A stretch of 62,944 bases of DNA, filler included, from Octopus bimaculoides (lineage: Eukaryota), in assembly GCF_001194135.2 (NCBI RefSeq). It is 6 parts of 4 records of this genome, joined end to end, with 100 filler letters (N's around TTAATTAATTAA, not from the genome) between each part and the next. Parts side by side here need not be neighbours in the genome. Positions count along the whole stretch, not along the records: positions 5,843 to 25,853 come from NC_068982.1; positions 25,954 to 46,676 come from NC_068983.1; 4 more parts are not named here. One strand, 5' to 3'. Position numbers and translations under genes: made by a program. Numbering within the stretch: the first letter of the stretch is position 1; each line of letters starts with the position of its first letter. The notes beneath the pieces were generated by a model that searched no databases, was not told the DNA's origin, and saw only the letters and a program-made list of their open reading frames with translations. Of the stretch, positions 23,721 to 38,994 are shown one piece after another.

Positions 23721-24742
23721 TAGGAAGGAGTTTGGGAGTGCGTTCTAACTAGTGAGGTTGACATATTTGATGTTCAGCCAATGTTTGATGTTTGTGGGGA
23801 AATATATAGACAAGGAAGGATTAAAGAGGGACGCAATCAGTAAAGATTGGATAGGTATGTAGAACAGCATTGGTGGGGGGCGGGGGGAGATGCAGTAGGG
23901 CTGACTGCAGGAGAAGGCGGTGTGTGGTTAGGTACTTCAAAAGAACAGAGGATGTTGTAGCAGTTGAAGAAAAGACATGTGAGGGAGCAGTATAGGTATT
24001 ATGTGTCTGTAATAACAGCAGCACCGTCTCATACATGTGAGCAACACTCCAATGTAGGTCTTGAATTTTGTAGCGTTCTTATCTGATCTGTGTGGTTGAA
24101 AAGTTTGTTTTCCCAACTATGTGGTTTCAAGTTCACAGTCTCACAGCATGGTACCTTGGGCAAGTGTCTTCTGCAAACAGTGTCAGATTGACTAAAAGTC
24201 TTGTGAGTCGATTTGATAGACAAAAACCTACTGCCTGGCTATGAGGAAATACTGTCTTGCTTGGAAACTGGTAAGAGTTGATGACAGAAAGGGCATTTAG
24301 CTGTAGAAAATCAGCCTCAGTAAATTCTGTCTCACCCATGCAAGCACGGAAAAGTGGACATTAAAATTATAATGACAACAATGGTCACCACTGCCACCAC
24401 CATTACTGCCCTCACCATCATCATTTAAAAAAGAAAAAACTTCGTTATCAGGGTGTGGTCTTTTGCAACTGAATTTTTATTTTTTTTTTTACTTTATTGT
24501 GTCTGGGGAGAGTCATTCCATTTTAACGTCTCGTTAATTAACACACTCACCAGTTCGACTTTCACTCATTTACTCATTTATTTTCTCTAAAATTTCCGTT
24601 GCTTCTAGCAAACTCTTCAACAGTCGTTGACTCTGTCCATTATCAGAGCTGCGTTCTTTTTGTCTGTTTGTGTGCATGTGTGTGCGTCAATGTGCATGTG
24701 TATACACATATGTATGTATGTATGTGTCTGTATGTATAAGTA

Positions 24743-26226
<1,484 letters not shown>

Positions 26227-26860
26227 TATAACTATAAAATAAATTTTGGGTATATATAAATCTCCATAATCTTCATCATTATTAATATTAATCTACACAC
26301 CAGACACTTCCAGCGTAAAACGAAATGGACAGTTAGTCAGCTTAACCCAAGCAATGGTTCTAGCAAAGATTGCTTAATTTCTTGGTCGATACAACAACCG
26401 TTCTAAATTTCTAGGACAATCACAAGAAAAACTTCTAAAATAACAGTTAGAAATCAGTGGTATAACACTGGGGAAATTAGCGTCTATTTCATTCACTAAT
26501 ATGAACAATTAACTCCTGTACTGACATAAATCCTTCGTCGAAATCTAAAGGATATGTCAAGAGCTTGTAATTTTAACAGTGTGAGGTATTTGTTTGGCTT
26601 AGTTTATTTGCCTCCATTTGAGGATCGTGGTTTTGTTAGAGTTGCTTATGCTTCACCTCTACATAAGCTTTTTGACCTAGTTTAAATAGCTTGGCTCTTA
26701 GTTTGCTTCAGCATAATAAAAATGTGAGTATTTTTTGTGATATATTTCATATGTACACTTGAGTATGTTTGTGTGTGTATATGAATGTATATATGTATAA
26801 TGAAAACATAAGTGTTTTTCGCGATATATACACTCATGTATATATATATGTGTGTGTGTG

Positions 26861-26895
<35 letters not shown>

Positions 26896-27589
26896 GTATA
26901 TATGTGTGCGTATATAGGTATGTGTATGTGTATATATAGGTATGTGCGTATGTATGTATCTATTTATATCTATATATTGTCAAATTTCATTGCTGTTCGT
27001 AATTAATTTCTTCCTTTCCATTATTTTTCTTCGATCCTATGATTGCAATAGTTTAATTAATCACTCTTAATGTCGGCGTCAGTTGTTTATTCGGCTCCGT
27101 GTCTTGAATAATGTTAATCCTCTTCTCTGTAATAAAATCCTTGGTAATATTTGTTTGGATTCCTCATCCCTTCGCATATATGTGCTTGAAATAAATGACT
27201 AGTTATTGGTTTAATAATCAACTCGTGAATATGTCAATTGATTAATTCAGTCGTTTCGAAGAATTCAGTTTAATTATGCACTTTCCTTCTTACACACTTA
27301 CCAATTAATAACTGGGGATCTTATAGCGTCGAGCAGGCAGAAGCGTTAGCACGTCAGGCAAAGAGCTTAGGGATATTTTACATGTCATTACTTTCTGAAT
27401 TCAAATTACACCGAGGTTCCTTGAGGGATCGATAAAAATACGCATCAGTTAAGTACTGGAGTCGATATAACCAACTTACCCACTCCTCCGAAATTACTGA
27501 CTTTGTGCCAGAAATTTGAACCCAATAATGGGAAATCATATCTTATAATGCCGAACACCATTACCATGACAGAATTGTAACCGCCCAGA

Positions 27590-27900
27590 ATCAGTGTGGA
27601 AGATGAGAAGCGTTGCGTTGGCTAAACAAATTGTAGGTGGACCGAGCAGTTTTACTGCCTATGCTTCTGTACATCTGCGAAATTTGAAGCCGTTTTTATA
27701 TGGACTCTCGGAGAGACCTACTAAAAATCACCTGGAGAGAAAAGATCCCAAACACAGAGGTCCTCTCTCGAGTTGATCTACCAGGCACGTATACGCTGAT
27801 GAAGACAGCGAAAGTCAGTTGCGAAGGTGACTTTGTTCAAATGCCTAACACATGACTTCCCAACAGACTGTTTTACAACGAACTAGTGGAAGGCAGGCGT
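27590..27900 (+). mobile_element. RTE-clade LINE 3' ORF fragment
   Basis: LKITWREKIPNTEVLSRVDLP...QMPNT*LPNRLFYNELVEGRR matches the RTE C-terminus. Confidence 0.8.
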
Positions 27901-28617
27901 TTCTTCTCCCGTGTAATGTCCTTCTTCATTGATGACAACAACGGACGAACTATGTTATGATGATATGATGTATGCCTGAATGTAGATATGTATATGTTGC
28001 CATGAACTTGAACTCATTTACTTTGTTGCTCGTTATTGTTGTTGCTATAGCCGTTTATTTTCTTTACATGTATAATACGCATACACATGCACACATATAA
28101 ACACACATATACATGCAAACATACATGCATACGCGCGGGCATGCACAAATATACATGTGAGCAATTACAGTAACAGCTAGCAAAGCAAACAGGAAGCAAA
28201 ATGATTCAATTTTGTGATTGAAAAATGTTCGCAATCATGACTTCAGAAAATAGAATATACTGCCCGGCGTCCAAGAAAATGATGTGAATTGATGAATAAC
28301 AAGATCAAATGTCGTATCCCGAAAGTGATTCAGCAAATTCGTCTTTTCACTTATTTGAAAAAATAAATCTTTTCTTTGGTTTACAGATTCTCGGAATATT
28401 ATTGTTATCTATATTTTAACCTGTGAACCATCACAAATACAAACCCTAATTAGTCTGTTTGCGCAGGTAGATTACCCACAGAAACAAGTCGTCACGCTGC
28501 TTTTCCTCTCTTTCCCTCGCACATACTTTCTAGGAATATATTGTAGGTGGCAGAAGAAAAATTCATATATGGAAAGCTAGAATACGATAGTGTGTGTGTG
28601 TGTATATACATACATAG

Positions 28618-28683
<66 letters not shown>

Positions 28684-28810
28684 TTAATGATAATAATAAC
28701 AACAACAACAACAACAATAACAATAATAATAGGGAATAAAATCCAAAACTTACAGGAAAAAATTCAATTTAGCAAAACTAAATCAAATTTCCCAACATAA
28801 AATATATGCA

Positions 28811-29106
28811 TATAATTTAGAGAAAAACCACTATTAAATAATTCAATAATGAAGAATGTAATTCATAACCTGAAGAAAATAAATATATCATAAAAACCTT
28901 ATTCTAAAAATCAATAAAGTACATAAAAGAATAACTAGTAAATGGTATAAAAATGACTTCGCACGTTTCGTGGCAATATTTTCGAATAGATAACTAATAA
29001 AACTAATTTTTAGAATAAGGTTTTTATGATATATTTATTTTCAAGATAGTATGAATTACATTCTTCATCATTGAATTATTTAATAGTGTTTTTTCTCTAA
29101 ATTATA
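28811..29106. repeat. Long inverted repeat (about 100-bp arms, 94-bp spacer)
   Basis: 28811-28911 is the reverse complement of 29006-29106 with only a few mismatches. Confidence 0.9.
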
Positions 29107-29449
29107 TATATAATGTACATAGATCTATATGTATACATATACGCCTACACGCACACACATTTACATATATATGTATATGCACAAATTCATACACATACAC
29201 ACGCATACACACAAACACATACGCGCACACACACACACAACACACACACACACTCACACACACACACAGAGAAACACACAGAAACACACACACACACACA
29301 CATATATATATACATTAGGCATTTATTTGAGTCCTTTGCCGAGTAAATTAACTGCGGCTGGGAAAGCCTGTTCTAGAATCCCCATTACTTTTTCTAATAC
29401 GATTGTTTTTCAATTGATGCATACATGTCCAACAAAAGCAAAGACAAGA

Positions 29450-29960
29450 TTATAAACTAAGACCAGGAGCGGGCCGTGTCAATTGTATAAAATGAAAAAC
29501 CTGCTTGGGTAAAGAATCAAAAACCTTGGTGATATTAAGAGCCAGTAGCCTCTTAATATATAATAGGGGTTTTGAAAAGAAACATCCTACAGTATAGAGG
29601 ACACATGTCGTCATGTCGTCTCTTTGAAATATTTCCGGAAACAATCATCTAAGCTGTTTAAGTTTATCCCACACTAACGCCAACAAAATATACTTTGAGA
29701 CAAAATAACATTGTAGAACTACTCTAGATAAAGTTCGCCATCAAACTTCAATTCCTTTAAAGAAATAAGTCTGTGGTAGTAACCATAGGCCTTCCTCCTT
29801 ACAGAAAATGACAATTACAAAATACTACGAAATTTCAGTGTACAGACATTTCTCCAGATAGTACGTAACAAGCCTAACAAAATTCCCTGGGAGAGAAATG
29901 ACAATACCATGTTTATCGACATAGCCAACCAAACTTCTTTGATTCTGTGTAAAGCCGCCA
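29450..29960 (-). mobile_element. Decayed CR1/Jockey-like RT fragment
   Basis: LALNITKVFDSLP (~LDISKAFDxV) and upstream LEKCL... echoes, with many stops. Confidence 0.5.
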
Positions 29961-32639
29961 GCTGAAAATCTGAATTACGCTGAGACTGTTGTTGTATTAA
30001 AATTATTATGCAATTTATAGAATATCATTCCATATGTAATTGGTACACCTAGATGAGTGTAAACACCTTGATAATCAATCTGTAGACACCGATCAAATAT
30101 ATTCAACAAGCAATTGTTATTCTCGAATATTATTGTTAATCTGTAACATTCGTTTATCATCAAAAACATTTTTCACTTTGAACACTCCTACGCTTATTCT
30201 CCAAAATATATGAAACTTTTCTTTCAAGAAATAAATTCATGATTATTTCTGAAACTATAAATTATAAATGAGAGGAAAGGAGGAGACATTCAACAGAAGA
30301 AACTTTAAAAGTAGAACTAGAAGGATATTTTACACAAGAGAATGCTATTTAAATGTTGCGAAAATTATCCATTAACAACGATTAAGTAAATGTGAATAAC
30401 ATCGAAAATTTCAATCATTTTTGTAAAATTTATTGATCATCACTTCATAATTAACGTATTAAAAGTGTGTGTAATAGCAGGAGTTTGGACAGTGCCTGTA
30501 AACAAAAACAATATATAAATAGAAAAGCGACAGAGAGCTGCTGATCTCGTAACGAGCAAAGTGGCTAGTTCTAAAATCTCTAAACAAGATATAACTAGTA
30601 ACAATAGTAGATGGTAGCAATTTCCTTTCCTTTAGCATTTTCCTTATTTTTTTAAAATTCTCATGTTTAAACTGTCATAGACCTGCAGCTACATCTCCTT
30701 CTAATCTCGTTTCTTCTACCGCTATCCCTTACTAAAATTACTGAGATTCTATTCTAATCAGTTTTCAGGGTGAACAACCATTTGTTGTTGATGGTTGTTT
30801 ACTTATCTAATTCGCTGACCCAAGGCCACTTCGTCATTTACAATATTTCTAGTTGGTTTTATGTTTTAATTGTATCAACAGTACCTGTTTAAAAATGTTT
30901 TCATTTCCTACTAGAGCTAATGTATGTATATAGTTCATATTTGTAATTCCTGGTTATTAAATTATTACTTGTTTTCATGTTATGTGAATATTCGGCCTCA
31001 ATATTGGGTCACTTTTCAGTGTTTAGTTATCTCTGATTCCATATTTTCATTCAAACTTTCAGCTGCAACTGTTTTATATTTTTGGCTATATTATTGAATA
31101 TTGGGACCGATAATTTGATTGGAAAACATTTTTTATCCTGTTAGTTCGTGACAGCAATATCCAGTCTATTACTTTTCAACTTCCTGACATTTCTTAAAGT
31201 ACTGTATTTTTTTCTGGCACTTTGATTATACAGCACCAATACTATCAGAATTTCTTAATGCTGGCTTCCCTCACAAAACCCGAAACACTGTAAATATATT
31301 TCTTTCCTGGTTAAGAGCAGGATGCAAAAAAGTGTGATAAATTTCCACTTCCGCACTCCTTTATACTCTACATTTGCTTTATTTTGATCTATCAAAAGAT
31401 TTTGGTTGCTTTCAGTGGTAGAAATGTCAACATGTGCCTCAGGCAAGCCTCTTTCTGTTTCAAGTCTGAGCTCTAAGCATCTGAATCTGTTTTTAAATTT
31501 TACTCTTCTCGGTTTCTAATCTATTTCAGCTGTTTCTGGTATTGGGTTGGTAAGGATTTTTCAGGCCAACGTTTAGCAAGCATTCTGTAGGTACGTTTTA
31601 GTTTTGATTTTAGGCTTTATTCACAATTTCTGTGCTTACTTTATATTTCTATTCCCAAAATTCCGCCGAGGTCGACTTTGCCTTTCATCCTTTCGGGGTC
31701 GATAAATTAAGTATCAGTTGCGTACTGGGGTCGATTTAATTGACTGGTCCCCTCCCCCAAAGTTTCGGGCCTTGTGCCTAGAGTAGAAAAGAATATATTT
31801 CTATTCACAACATTCAATTATTTCTGCTTCTATTTTGTAAATGTTGTTTGTTTGAAAACAGGAAACAGCTTTTTGTTTTGTTTATTTCGGATATCGAATA
31901 ATACGTTTTAAAGATACATAAATCACCTCCAACTTTGTATTCGTAATAAATATTATCTTTGTATGTCAGATTTTGATTAATGTATTCTAATATACAGTCG
32001 TTAGTTTTTGTTTTATTTTCTAGTTAATAATATCTTATTGCTGGGAAACTAGAATTTTTGGTACCTGTTCTTCATACTATACTCTACAAAGGAATACTAT
32101 AGACGATTTATTAATCTTTCATAATAGTCCTTCCTAAACTTTTATTCCACTTGCTGTTGGTTAGGCATGGATATCTATTTGAGATCTTCAGAAATTTTAC
32201 TCTTACGGGTGGATACTCCAGCAGTTTAGTTTGTTTCAGAATATTATTTTTCCATACCGATGGTTATTACTCTATTTAACAAAATTAAACATGATTTTAA
32301 ATTTCAAATTATTTGTTATTATGTAAAACATGATAATCGTTTTTTTCTCAAACTTTCATGAGATAAAAATTATGATCTTTTAAATAAGAGATCATAATTT
32401 TCTCTCTTCTGCATGCGGGTTTTGTTTTCCGTGTTGTTTGTTTGGTTTTGATATTCATATAAGAGTGCAGCTAGAGGAGTACCCGCTTTACTTAATATCT
32501 ACAGCATACAGTATCTAGTTTATCAAATCCTAAATATTCGTAAGTTTGTGTGTCACACTTTCATCTCCGTTTCTGGATCGTGTGTCGTGTTACTTTTCTC
32601 AATAAATCTCCTTTACTCACTGTTGTATTGAAGCATTTT

Positions 32640-34050
32640 TGTTGTATTGTTCATATAAATTAGGAGGTTGCCAAGCTATGTTTGCGCCAGACTGAAAGGA
32701 AATGGTAATATGGAGTCCAATTCCAATATTTTTCGTTTGATCGAAACTTCTTTCGCCAATACCTGTTCTGTTTTTTGCCAGTAATTCATATGTTCGATGT
32801 ATCTAGTTATTATGGATGTGTGACCATATATGTAGCTTATACAAGATCCATGCATAATGATCATTTTAAAACGCCTTCTAATAGTTAAACCATGACGTGT
32901 TCATATACGTCGTTGTTTATTGTTCTCCATTATAGATGTCTTTGTAGTATCATTTCGGCTCTTTCTGAAAGATGTTTTTTTCATTATGTTTATTCAAGTC
33001 TTCGCAAGCTGAATGCATGGAGATTATGTGTCTGAGATTTTAATGAGATTTGTTATGTGTAGTCTTGCTTATTAAGATGATGTTAAACCTAGTGAACCAG
33101 TCAGATATTGTATTCGGCTATGTCAGTAATATATCAAATTTATCTCCCACAATGCCATTGTACATATCGAATATTCGACCCAGAAATTTGGAATTTTTAT
33201 GCTCATGTGCCTTCCCAAAAATAGTTTTTAGTTGCGTCTGCACTATTTGCGTTGCCATAGTCTCTCATCATTGTTCATGTAGTACATATTTCTATGACTC
33301 GTTCATTTTAATTCTTTCGTAGTGCATATTCCTCCACGAGCCCTTCCACATTTTGTTGGTATGACTATTTAATTTTTATTTTGTTCTTGATAATTTTTTG
33401 TGCGCGAGGAGAGTACATTCCTGCTGTTTATTTTGTCCGTGGAATCATTCTCATTTTCCTAACAGGGGTTAATATTTTGTTTAACAATATTAAACAGCTG
33501 TTTTCAGATTTTAAGAATTTCGTAATTATATCAGCAAAAAGTATCTCTTCAGCTTTCCAATGTGTTAAAGATTGAGATCTCTGTATTTATTTCTTGCATA
33601 CAGAAATATGCATATTTGTTTCCGATGGTATTTTGAGATTATGATATTCAAATAATAGTACATCTGTGTACTATTATCTGTGTGTTGGCCCCTTGTGAGT
33701 AATAAAATATTTAAAATAATAATACATCTGAAGTATTACCCACTTTAACTAATAACTATTTTGGTTGTTGCATATATTACATCATTCAACATTCTGACAC
33801 CGATCTTCGTGTCCCTTTTCCTATTTTCTACCATATCCATATCTGCGTTCTCTGATTGGAGTTGCAATTTTCCCGTCAAGTTTTACCTTCAGAGGTACAC
33901 TCTTTGATCCACAAGAAATGTTATTGCTTTTTCCTTTTTTAATTATTTACATTACAAAATAATTTCCACTTGTCGACGTTTAATATTCCTTAACGTTTAC
34001 CATTTCTTGTTCTTTATATGGTTAGCAATTCTTTTGTCATAAGTGTTTTA
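32640..34050 (-). mobile_element. Decayed RTE-clade RT
   Basis: Motif echoes in the correct order: QYGFRKG-like (about 33850), LWxxM-like (about 33650), QLFNIV...KINSRNV (about 33400-33500) and YGH-like (about 32820). Confidence 0.55.
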
Positions 34051-34099
34051 TTTATAAATTGTGCGTATTGATCAGACTTAATCAATAGCTTTTATATAT

Positions 34100-34150
<51 letters not shown>

Positions 34151-34599
34151 NNNNNNNNNNNNNNNNNNNNNNNNNNNNNNNNNNNNNNNNNNNNNNNNNN
34201 NNNNNNNNNNNNNNNNNNNNNNNNNNNNNNNNNNNNNNNNNNNNNNNNNNNNNNNNNNNNNNNNNNTATATATATATATATATTCTAGTGTTTGATTTGA
34301 TTTTATTCTGTCTTCTGTATGCAGAGGTTGGGTCTCTCTCTTCCTGATTTATGTTTCCAATGCTTGAGTTTTGTTGTCCGCTTTTTGTTTGGTATTTTTG
34401 CTTCCGTTTCATACATTCTTTTAAGGAAATGAAATAGCAGAACTATTAGAGCTTCGCAAAAATACTTTTCATCGTTTCTTCCGAGTTATTACCTTCTGAG
34501 TCCAAATTTGGTTGCGGTCAAATTTGCATTTCATTCAACCGGTTTCCATAAACGAGCACGATGGTAGGATGGATGGCACTGACAAACTCACGTCAAACG

Positions 34600-37500
34600 A
34601 AATCACTAGCCTCGTGGCTAAACGAGAAACCATTAGCACCCTTTCCCATAGATCTGCTAACTGCAATATTCTCTATGCATTTTGCAATGTTGTCACTTAT
34701 ACTACTACAGTTACTTCTATGATAGTTATCTTCTTTGTCCACATCCATGATTTCGTACTACAACTGGTTTTGATTTCAAGCTCCCTTTAGATTCTATAAT
34801 ATGCTAGCGACTGATATGACAGCTCTAACGAATGAAAGTGGTTATATAGTTTCTCCCTAAAATATTAGGGGAGACCGGGTCTAGTTGTTACACGGTTGAG
34901 TTGTTACAAGCCCATTGTTTCCAACTTCAAGAAATAGGTGGCACTGGGGTCTCTACCTAGTGATGGCCAACTCCATAGCATCATGACTGCACATATGTAT
35001 TGCATTGGCGGGTTGTCACCAGGAAAGTTATGGCTCAAAAAACGATTTTTTACTCCAAAAGGGAAATTTTGCCACAAAGTTATTTCCTTAACTATTAAAG
35101 CACGAGTGGTGTTACTGAAATAGTTTGTGACTCATTAGGAAGTGTTGGAATTGCCATGCATTACTAGTGCTGTGTACGAGGTAACCCCAGAAATCCATGG
35201 TCGGGGTTAATTGTTACAGTGTATCAACTTAACCCAGGCATATAACAACTTACCCCTTCTATTTCATTTTAACACACCATGCCTAGAAATTACAAAAGGT
35301 AGACTAGAAGGGGAGATACCCCTCCTGATGTCATGGGAAGAGCCGCGAGAAAAGTTGCGGGTGTAAAGAAATCATTACGGGATGTTGCGAAAGATTTCGA
35401 GGTAGGTTTCAGGCTCATTAGATATAAAGTTACCGGTATCCCTTACACTAACCTTTTAAGATGTTAACAGAACGTCAGCTGTTACGTCCCGAACCGACCT
35501 GCTCCAAAACAAGCTGAGAACCAGTCTGAGGTGCAGCCAGACAACCATCCTGACGTGCAGCCTGGCATGCAAGCCAGATAACCAGCCTAACTTGCAGCCA
35601 GACGTCCAGTCAGATGTTCAACCAGGCGACCAGGTCAATGAACGGCAAGACGGTCCGACAGACCAACCTACACCAGACCCAAGTTTTCCTGCTGGTGTTG
35701 TTACAAGCCCAGAGATGTTGCCCCTATTAAGGAAGGCTTCCCTCAGGAAGACAGGTCGAGGTCGTGGAAGTCGCCAGAGGTGCCAAACAGCCATTCTAAC
35801 CCTAACCACGTAAAACAGCGCATAGTGAATGAAATTAACGAACGGAAATCCAAACTAAAGAAGGCAACTGGTACAGAAAAGACAACAAAGAGGAAGAGAA
35901 AGTCAACTAAAACAGGTAAAGGTAAAGGGAACCAGCCTCACAGCAAGCAAGTCGCCGATTGGAAATGCCTTGTCTTCTCACATTGATATTTGAACTCCCT
36001 TACAGGTGAAGAATGGGTGCAATGCATGATCTGTGAAGACTGGGCACAGACTGACTGTGCCGATGGATGACAGGACTTTCTGTGTGATCTGTGTGGTGAG
36101 AAGTTAATGGAGTACGATTCCGACTAGATGGCACAAATAACAATGGGGAAATTGGTTGATGAGGACCCTCAGTATCACAGTTAGGATATGAGATAGTTCA
36201 AAGCACAGTTAATTAATTAAAATAATACTTTCAAGATGCAAGAAGCAGGAGATGTATTCATTTTAAACTTGTTTGTTAACATAATTCCGAGTTACCGACA
36301 GTTGTAACAAAGTACCCCAGTAAGTGTCACAAAGTACCCCGCACTCGGGGAAAATTGTTACAACTGACACCACCTCATTAATTAGAGCCTGTCTAATTAA
36401 TGTCATGTAATTTCTGGGGGGGGGGGTTGCTGGTGATAACAATAAATAAAGATGTTTTACTAATTAAATCTGAAAAGAAACTTCAGCTGTGTTCATTTAT
36501 ATGGGTGCCAAGGCAAAATAAATGAAAAAATGTAACAACTAAACCCAGTGTCCTCTACTCACTTTGTGTTAACTTTTACAAATAACTGTGTACCAGCTTC
36601 TAGTTCGGTGTTCCGTTGTTTCATCACGCTACAGATTAATGCTTTGACCTTATCTGCCACGCCATAGATATCCATGGTTTTTCTGCCCCATCAATGCGGT
36701 ACATGTCGTAATCCTTTTTCTGATCTATCCAGGTAATTCTCAAATTTCTTCTTCTACAGTTCTTTATTACCTTTTTCTCAATCAACAGTTGATCTTTGGA
36801 CTTCCCTTCCTGCATCATCCTTTCTGATCCATCCGCAAAATGTTTTTCTTCTCAAGATAACAATCTAGGCCTTTTTGCTAATATACCCACGACAAGCTTC
36901 TGCATTAAGATGACAAAAATTATCGGCCTAAAAGTAAGAACTATGTTTCCCTTATCAATATCCTTAACACACTGCATATTCAATCCGGTAGTCATCCAAG
37001 GTAGTACAATTTCCTGTTCTAATATAAAGTTTGATAGATTTAAGATTCTACTTTACAGAGACGAAGACCATCTGGTTCAGGCCCCTTCCAATTTAGCATT
37101 TTTTTTAGCTGCTTCTCTTTTATTGTTTCAATAATTATATTTCTCTGTTTCCCTATGTTTTCTCATTCTGCTTAGTTTCTTAACTATTCTGCGTTGTTGT
37201 TATGTTCGATTAGTTGTCTCCGAATTCCACTAAAAATTTCTTTATTCTTTTCAGCATCCGGAATAACTACTTCATTCATTTTATCTCCTAATTCATCAAA
37301 CAACTTTTTTCTGATGTGAATTGAACAATCTATTCTATTTGCACTGTTCATGTCCTGCACTGTACTTTTCGAATTCTGCATTAACTTTTATTACTTTTTG
37401 TCTTGACTGCTCGGATATTTTTCGTGCAATTTTGTAATCTCTTACCAATCTTTTTTTCAAGCATTTCATCATGTAGCTCTTTGATTTTCAATCTGCTGAT

Positions 37501-38300
37501 TTTCTCCAAATCCAGACTTTGTTCAACTTACAATGATTTCTCTTTCTTCGTTGCGTTTCCATGTTATTTCCACGTTTACATACTAATGCTTCCACTACCA
37601 CATTTGCTAAAGTTTCATATGAAAATATTTGCTTGGGATTTATCATTCGTTGGAACCTTATATAATATACCATTTTCTTCTTGTAATTCACACAAAAATA
37701 ATTATTCCTATATATAAATCCTAAGTCCGCTGCGATATATACTAGATCATTATTCATATATATAAATCCTAAGTCGGCTGCGATATATACTGGATCATTT
37801 AAAAAAGGTTTTAGAACTGTTGTCAAGAGTGTATTTTTCTTCCTCTAACCCTACTAGTTGTACATTCCCAATTATTGTATTCATCTATCGTTTGAGTTCA
37901 TTCTAATTCTGTGATTACTTTCTTGAATATTGTGACTCCATCAGCCACTCCCTATACTTCTTTCTTCCCTGGTCTATTTCTGATTTTTCTTCTGATCTTT
38001 TTAATTCTAATTTCAATTAGCCATTTATTAGTTCTAATTGATATAACCTGCTCGGCTAACCTTTGTTCAATGACTTCAAAAAGACCTTATCCTCTTATAT
38101 TTGTTTCATCCTTAGTCTGTAACCTCTTCTAGGTGGTTCACTTTTTATAAAACTCTCAATGGAAATTTGATTATTCATTCAAGCGAGTAGTTTATGTCGA
38201 TCTGCAAGAATCTGTCCAGTCTCTCCATGCCTCCATACGTTCACCGTCAGTGGTTCCAGCCCTTTTGCATCATTAGTTGTTTCAAAGGTATTCATCATCT
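34600..38300 (-). mobile_element. R4/Dong-clade (RLE-type) non-LTR retrotransposon, lineage A, interrupted by the pogo-like element
   Basis: N-terminal FEVIEQRLAEQVISIRTNKWL (about 38020-38085), RT KDQLLIEKKVIKNCRRRNLRITWIDQKKDYDM (36636-36818), ELEAGTQLFVKVNTK, then across the insertion IF*GE...PLSFVRAVI (~GIFQGDSLSPLLFVIA). Confidence 0.8.
34868..36555 (+). mobile_element. pogo-like (Tc1/mariner superfamily) DNA transposon, internally deleted, psq-HTH and PHD remnants, TA TSD
   Basis: 25-bp TIRs GGGGAGACCGGGTCTAGTTGTTACA and TGTAACAACTAAACCCAGTGTCCTC (21 of 25 match), flanked by TA. ATG 35279 MPRNYKR*TRRG...SLRDVAKDFE (psq-like). C-terminal SPEMLPLLRKASLRKTGRGR...TAILT and EEWVQCMICEDWAQTDC...FLCDLC (PHD-like). 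No DDE core seen. Confidence 0.85.
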
Positions 38301-38324
38301 TCATGGCTTGATACGGTTTTTCTT

Positions 38325-38369
<45 letters not shown>

Positions 38370-38380
38370 CAGCAGCAGCA
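38325..38380. repeat. (GTA)n-(GCA)n compound microsatellite
   Basis: Direct reading. Explains the poly-Thr and poly-Ser ORFs. Confidence 0.9.
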
Positions 38381-38942
38381 ATAGTATTAGCAACAGTAGC
38401 TCCGACAGCAGGAGCGGTTTTGTCATTGTTATCTGTATCCAAAGTCTTAGTCCAGGTTCAATAAAATAAGTATCAATCTTGTCTTAACGTGTCAAATACG
38501 TGTTTACTGTCCCACTCCAGTAAATTCCTGAAGTTGTGTTAATGTGATAAATAATTTATCGTAATCAATAATGCTATTATCATATAGTATAATCATCATT
38601 GTAATTATCATCATCGTCATCGGTGTCTTTATTGTCGTGGCGGTGGTGGTGCTTTGATTTAAACGGAATGAAGTTTCTTAAAACAGTTCTTGTTTGATTT
38701 GTTATAATTGTTCATTTTCTGTAACATTAGTCTGGTTTGCTCTTTAATTTATTGGTATTATCTCAATGAAGAGAAGGTGAGCTTAAATGTTATTTATCTT
38801 TCCCATGTAGAAGAGCAATTAATCACTTATTTCTTTCTATCTTTTAAACAACAACTATTAAATTGATCACTGTGTTGACAGTCAAAAATTTGTCACTTCA
38901 CAATGGAAGTTAAATGTCTCCATGCCAATAAATTGCTAACAC

Positions 38943-38994
<52 letters not shown>

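Noticed and set aside
37709-37799. 48-bp two-copy direct repeat (similar ones near 6241-6340, 55300 and 55450) as a CRISPR-like array
   Set aside because: Simple tandem duplications with no unique spacers, no cas genes and a eukaryotic context.
38731-38776. Possible 46-nt plus-strand exon (AG...AAG|GTGAGC)
   Set aside because: Weak acceptor tract, unrecognisable peptide and no supporting neighbouring exon.
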